From positions 64,001 to 128,000 of the forward strand of contig CBFIDD010000003.1 in the NCBI GenBank assembly GCA_965661285.1: a DNA stretch of 64,000 nt, given 5' to 3'. The position numbers and the translations under genes are program-made. How positions within the stretch are numbered: the stretch's first letter is position 1; each line of letters begins with the position of its first letter. Of the stretch, positions 63,294 to 64,000 are shown piece by piece. The notes under the pieces were generated by a model, which was not told the DNA's origin, did not search any database, and saw nothing but the letters and a program-made list of their open reading frames with translations. This stretch comes from Poseidonia sp. Lineage in GTDB: Archaea > Thermoplasmatota > Poseidoniia > Poseidoniales > Poseidoniaceae.

Positions 63294-63608
63294 TCACTGG
63301 AGGAAAAGCGGAAGCGCACCGAGAATCACAATGGATTCTGGGAGAGCGGTAAAGATGAGACCGTATCCGAATTTGCTACCGTCTTCAGCGATCATGCCGA
63401 TGGCAGCGCTGCCGATGGCGGCTTGGGAGAAACCTGCACCGATGGCGGCAAGGCCAAGGGCAAGTCCGACACCAACGTCGCCGGTCATTCCGTCAGTGGC
63501 ACCGGAGTCCGTCGTGTCTTCTGCCGCAGCGACACCTTGGGCGACCAAGGCGACGGTGAGCAGAACGATCAGGGTGCGCAGGCTTGTTTTCAGGGTATTC
63601 TTGTTCAT
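63294..63608 (-). CDS. atpK: A-type ATP synthase subunit K (c, proteolipid)
   Basis: Signal-like N-terminus, GLAAIGAGFSQAAIG, ALPESIVI. Confidence 0.93.
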   Translation of the reverse strand: MNKNTLKTSLRTLIVLLTVALVAQGVAAAEDTTDSGATDGMTGDVGVGLALGLAAIGAGFSQAAIGSAAIGMIAEDGSKFGYGLIFTALPESIVILGALPLFLQ

Positions 63609-63638
63609 TTTTCTACCTCCAGTTTGTTGTCCGTGGGA

Positions 63639-64000
63639 CTATGCTTGCCCCTCCGTATGGAGGGTGCGACCGCCAATCGGTGTAAAAACCCGACCGGAGC
63701 CGTCGTAGAACTTGCCCATCCATTCCACGAAGTGGAGACGGGCAGCGTGGATGCTCGGCGAGAGCAATCCAAGAGCGAGAGCAAAGGCTTGAATGAAGAC
63801 GAAGAGAACCAGACCGAGGACGATGGAGACGACGCCGCCACCGGACCACATCAGGTCCCATCCCATTGAAATTGAAACTTCTGCGATTTTCACGCCGGCC
63901 ACACCGACGCCCATCACACGGAGGTAGGAGAGCGTGTTGGCGAGGAGGCCGAAGGTCTCGATGGGACCCATGATGATGCCGCCCGCCCAGCCGAACTTCT
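63639..64000 (-). CDS. atpI: A-type ATP synthase subunit I (a), C-terminal part only
   Basis: NTLSYLR, IHAARLHFVEWMGKFY.G.G..F.P; 5' end lies outside the window. Confidence 0.93.
   Translation of the reverse strand, partial: KFGWAGGIIMGPIETFGLLANTLSYLRVMGVGVAGVKIAEVSISMGWDLMWSGGGVVSIVLGLVLFVFIQAFALALGLLSPSIHAARLHFVEWMGKFYDGSGRVFTPIGGRTLHTEGQA

Overview
Gene-dense, GC-rich archaeal chromosomal segment. Gene content (Hel308-Cgi121, Cdc6/Orc1, rps6e-aIF2gamma-PIN, Dph2, A-type ATP synthase, plus bacterial-type gyrase, class II HMG-CoA reductase, class II CCA enzyme, PKD-rich secreted peptidases and a proteorhodopsin-family opsin) points to Marine Group II Euryarchaeota (Ca. Poseidoniales); this taxonomy is an inference. 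Most of the window is core housekeeping; I found no tRNA, rRNA, CRISPR array, integrase or transposase. The most striking element is a two-gene unit at 34082-36120. It pairs a GAF-like/coiled-coil/2-TM membrane protein with a proteorhodopsin-family opsin that has lost pump residues (DTT motif, His75->Gln, Glu108->Thr) and gained an acidic cytoplasmic tail. A 20-bp near-palindrome sits in front of the pair, which is a candidate sensory rhodopsin-transducer module. Other oddities: an array of TTAACG repeats upstream of an AAA+-wHTH/beta-propeller/DUF357 operon, a membrane-anchored Smr-like protein, an H-protein without the lipoyl lysine, a catalytically dead site-2 protease homolog and a minimal SerK-like kinase. 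All family assignments come from motif recognition by eye, not from database searches.
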